Of a stretch of DNA of 64,000 bases, positions 63,850-64,000 are shown one piece after another. Origin of the DNA: Macrostomum hystrix (lineage: Eukaryota > Animalia > Platyhelminthes); contig CATNEN010000001.1 of the NCBI GenBank assembly GCA_950097015.1, positions 20,584,001 through 20,648,000 on the forward strand, written 5' to 3'. Numbering within the stretch: position 1 is the first letter of the stretch; each line of letters opens with the position of its first letter. The notes under the pieces are model-generated. The model was not told where the DNA came from. It did no database searches and worked only from the letters and a program-made list of their open reading frames with translations. Both the position numbers and the translations under genes were made by a program.

Positions 63850-64000
63850 ATCTACAGCAGATCCCCTCAGATACACCAAATCCCTCAAGATACATCAGAT
63901 CCCCTCAGCTACAGCAGATCCCCTCAGATACAACAAATCCCCTCAGATACATCAGATCCCCTCAGATACATCAAATCCCCTCAGATACATCAAATCCCCT
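63850..64000. repeat. 19-bp minisatellite CAGATCCCCTCAGATACAT (truncated by window end)
   Basis: Direct reading; cathepsin D intron. Confidence 0.92.

Overview
Eukaryotic (metazoan) genomic DNA, standard code, GT-AG introns, not prokaryotic. GC3-rich exons, many poly-Gln tracts and very dense minisatellites resemble the flatworm Macrostomum lignano; this is an inference and was not tested. Spliced genes reconstructed by hand with phase-checked junctions: an atypical peptide-type class A GPCR (-), an espin/forked-like ankyrin-WH2 protein (+), an ephexin-like DH-PH-SH3 RhoGEF (-), a divergent VGLUT-like SLC17 transporter (+), the mitochondrial 2-oxoglutarate/malate carrier SLC25A11 (-) and the 3' end of a cathepsin D-like protease (-). 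There is also an intronless orphan 2-TM ORF (+). About 23 tandem arrays with 15-52 bp units occur, including an 11.5 kb 29-bp satellite with higher-order structure, plus two tRNA-derived SINE families and a 61-bp hAT-type mini element. Most long ORFs in the track are repeat read-through artefacts. Best leads: (1) the VGLUT-like protein has charge-reversed substrate-site residues; (2) a SINE 3' domain carries an exact HDV-ribozyme P3-L3 14-mer; (3) several minisatellites are built from splice-site motifs or abut splice sites; (4) a minisatellite copy sits between 116-bp direct repeats; (5) an unexplained multi-hairpin intronic element lies at about 34.45-34.72 kb.
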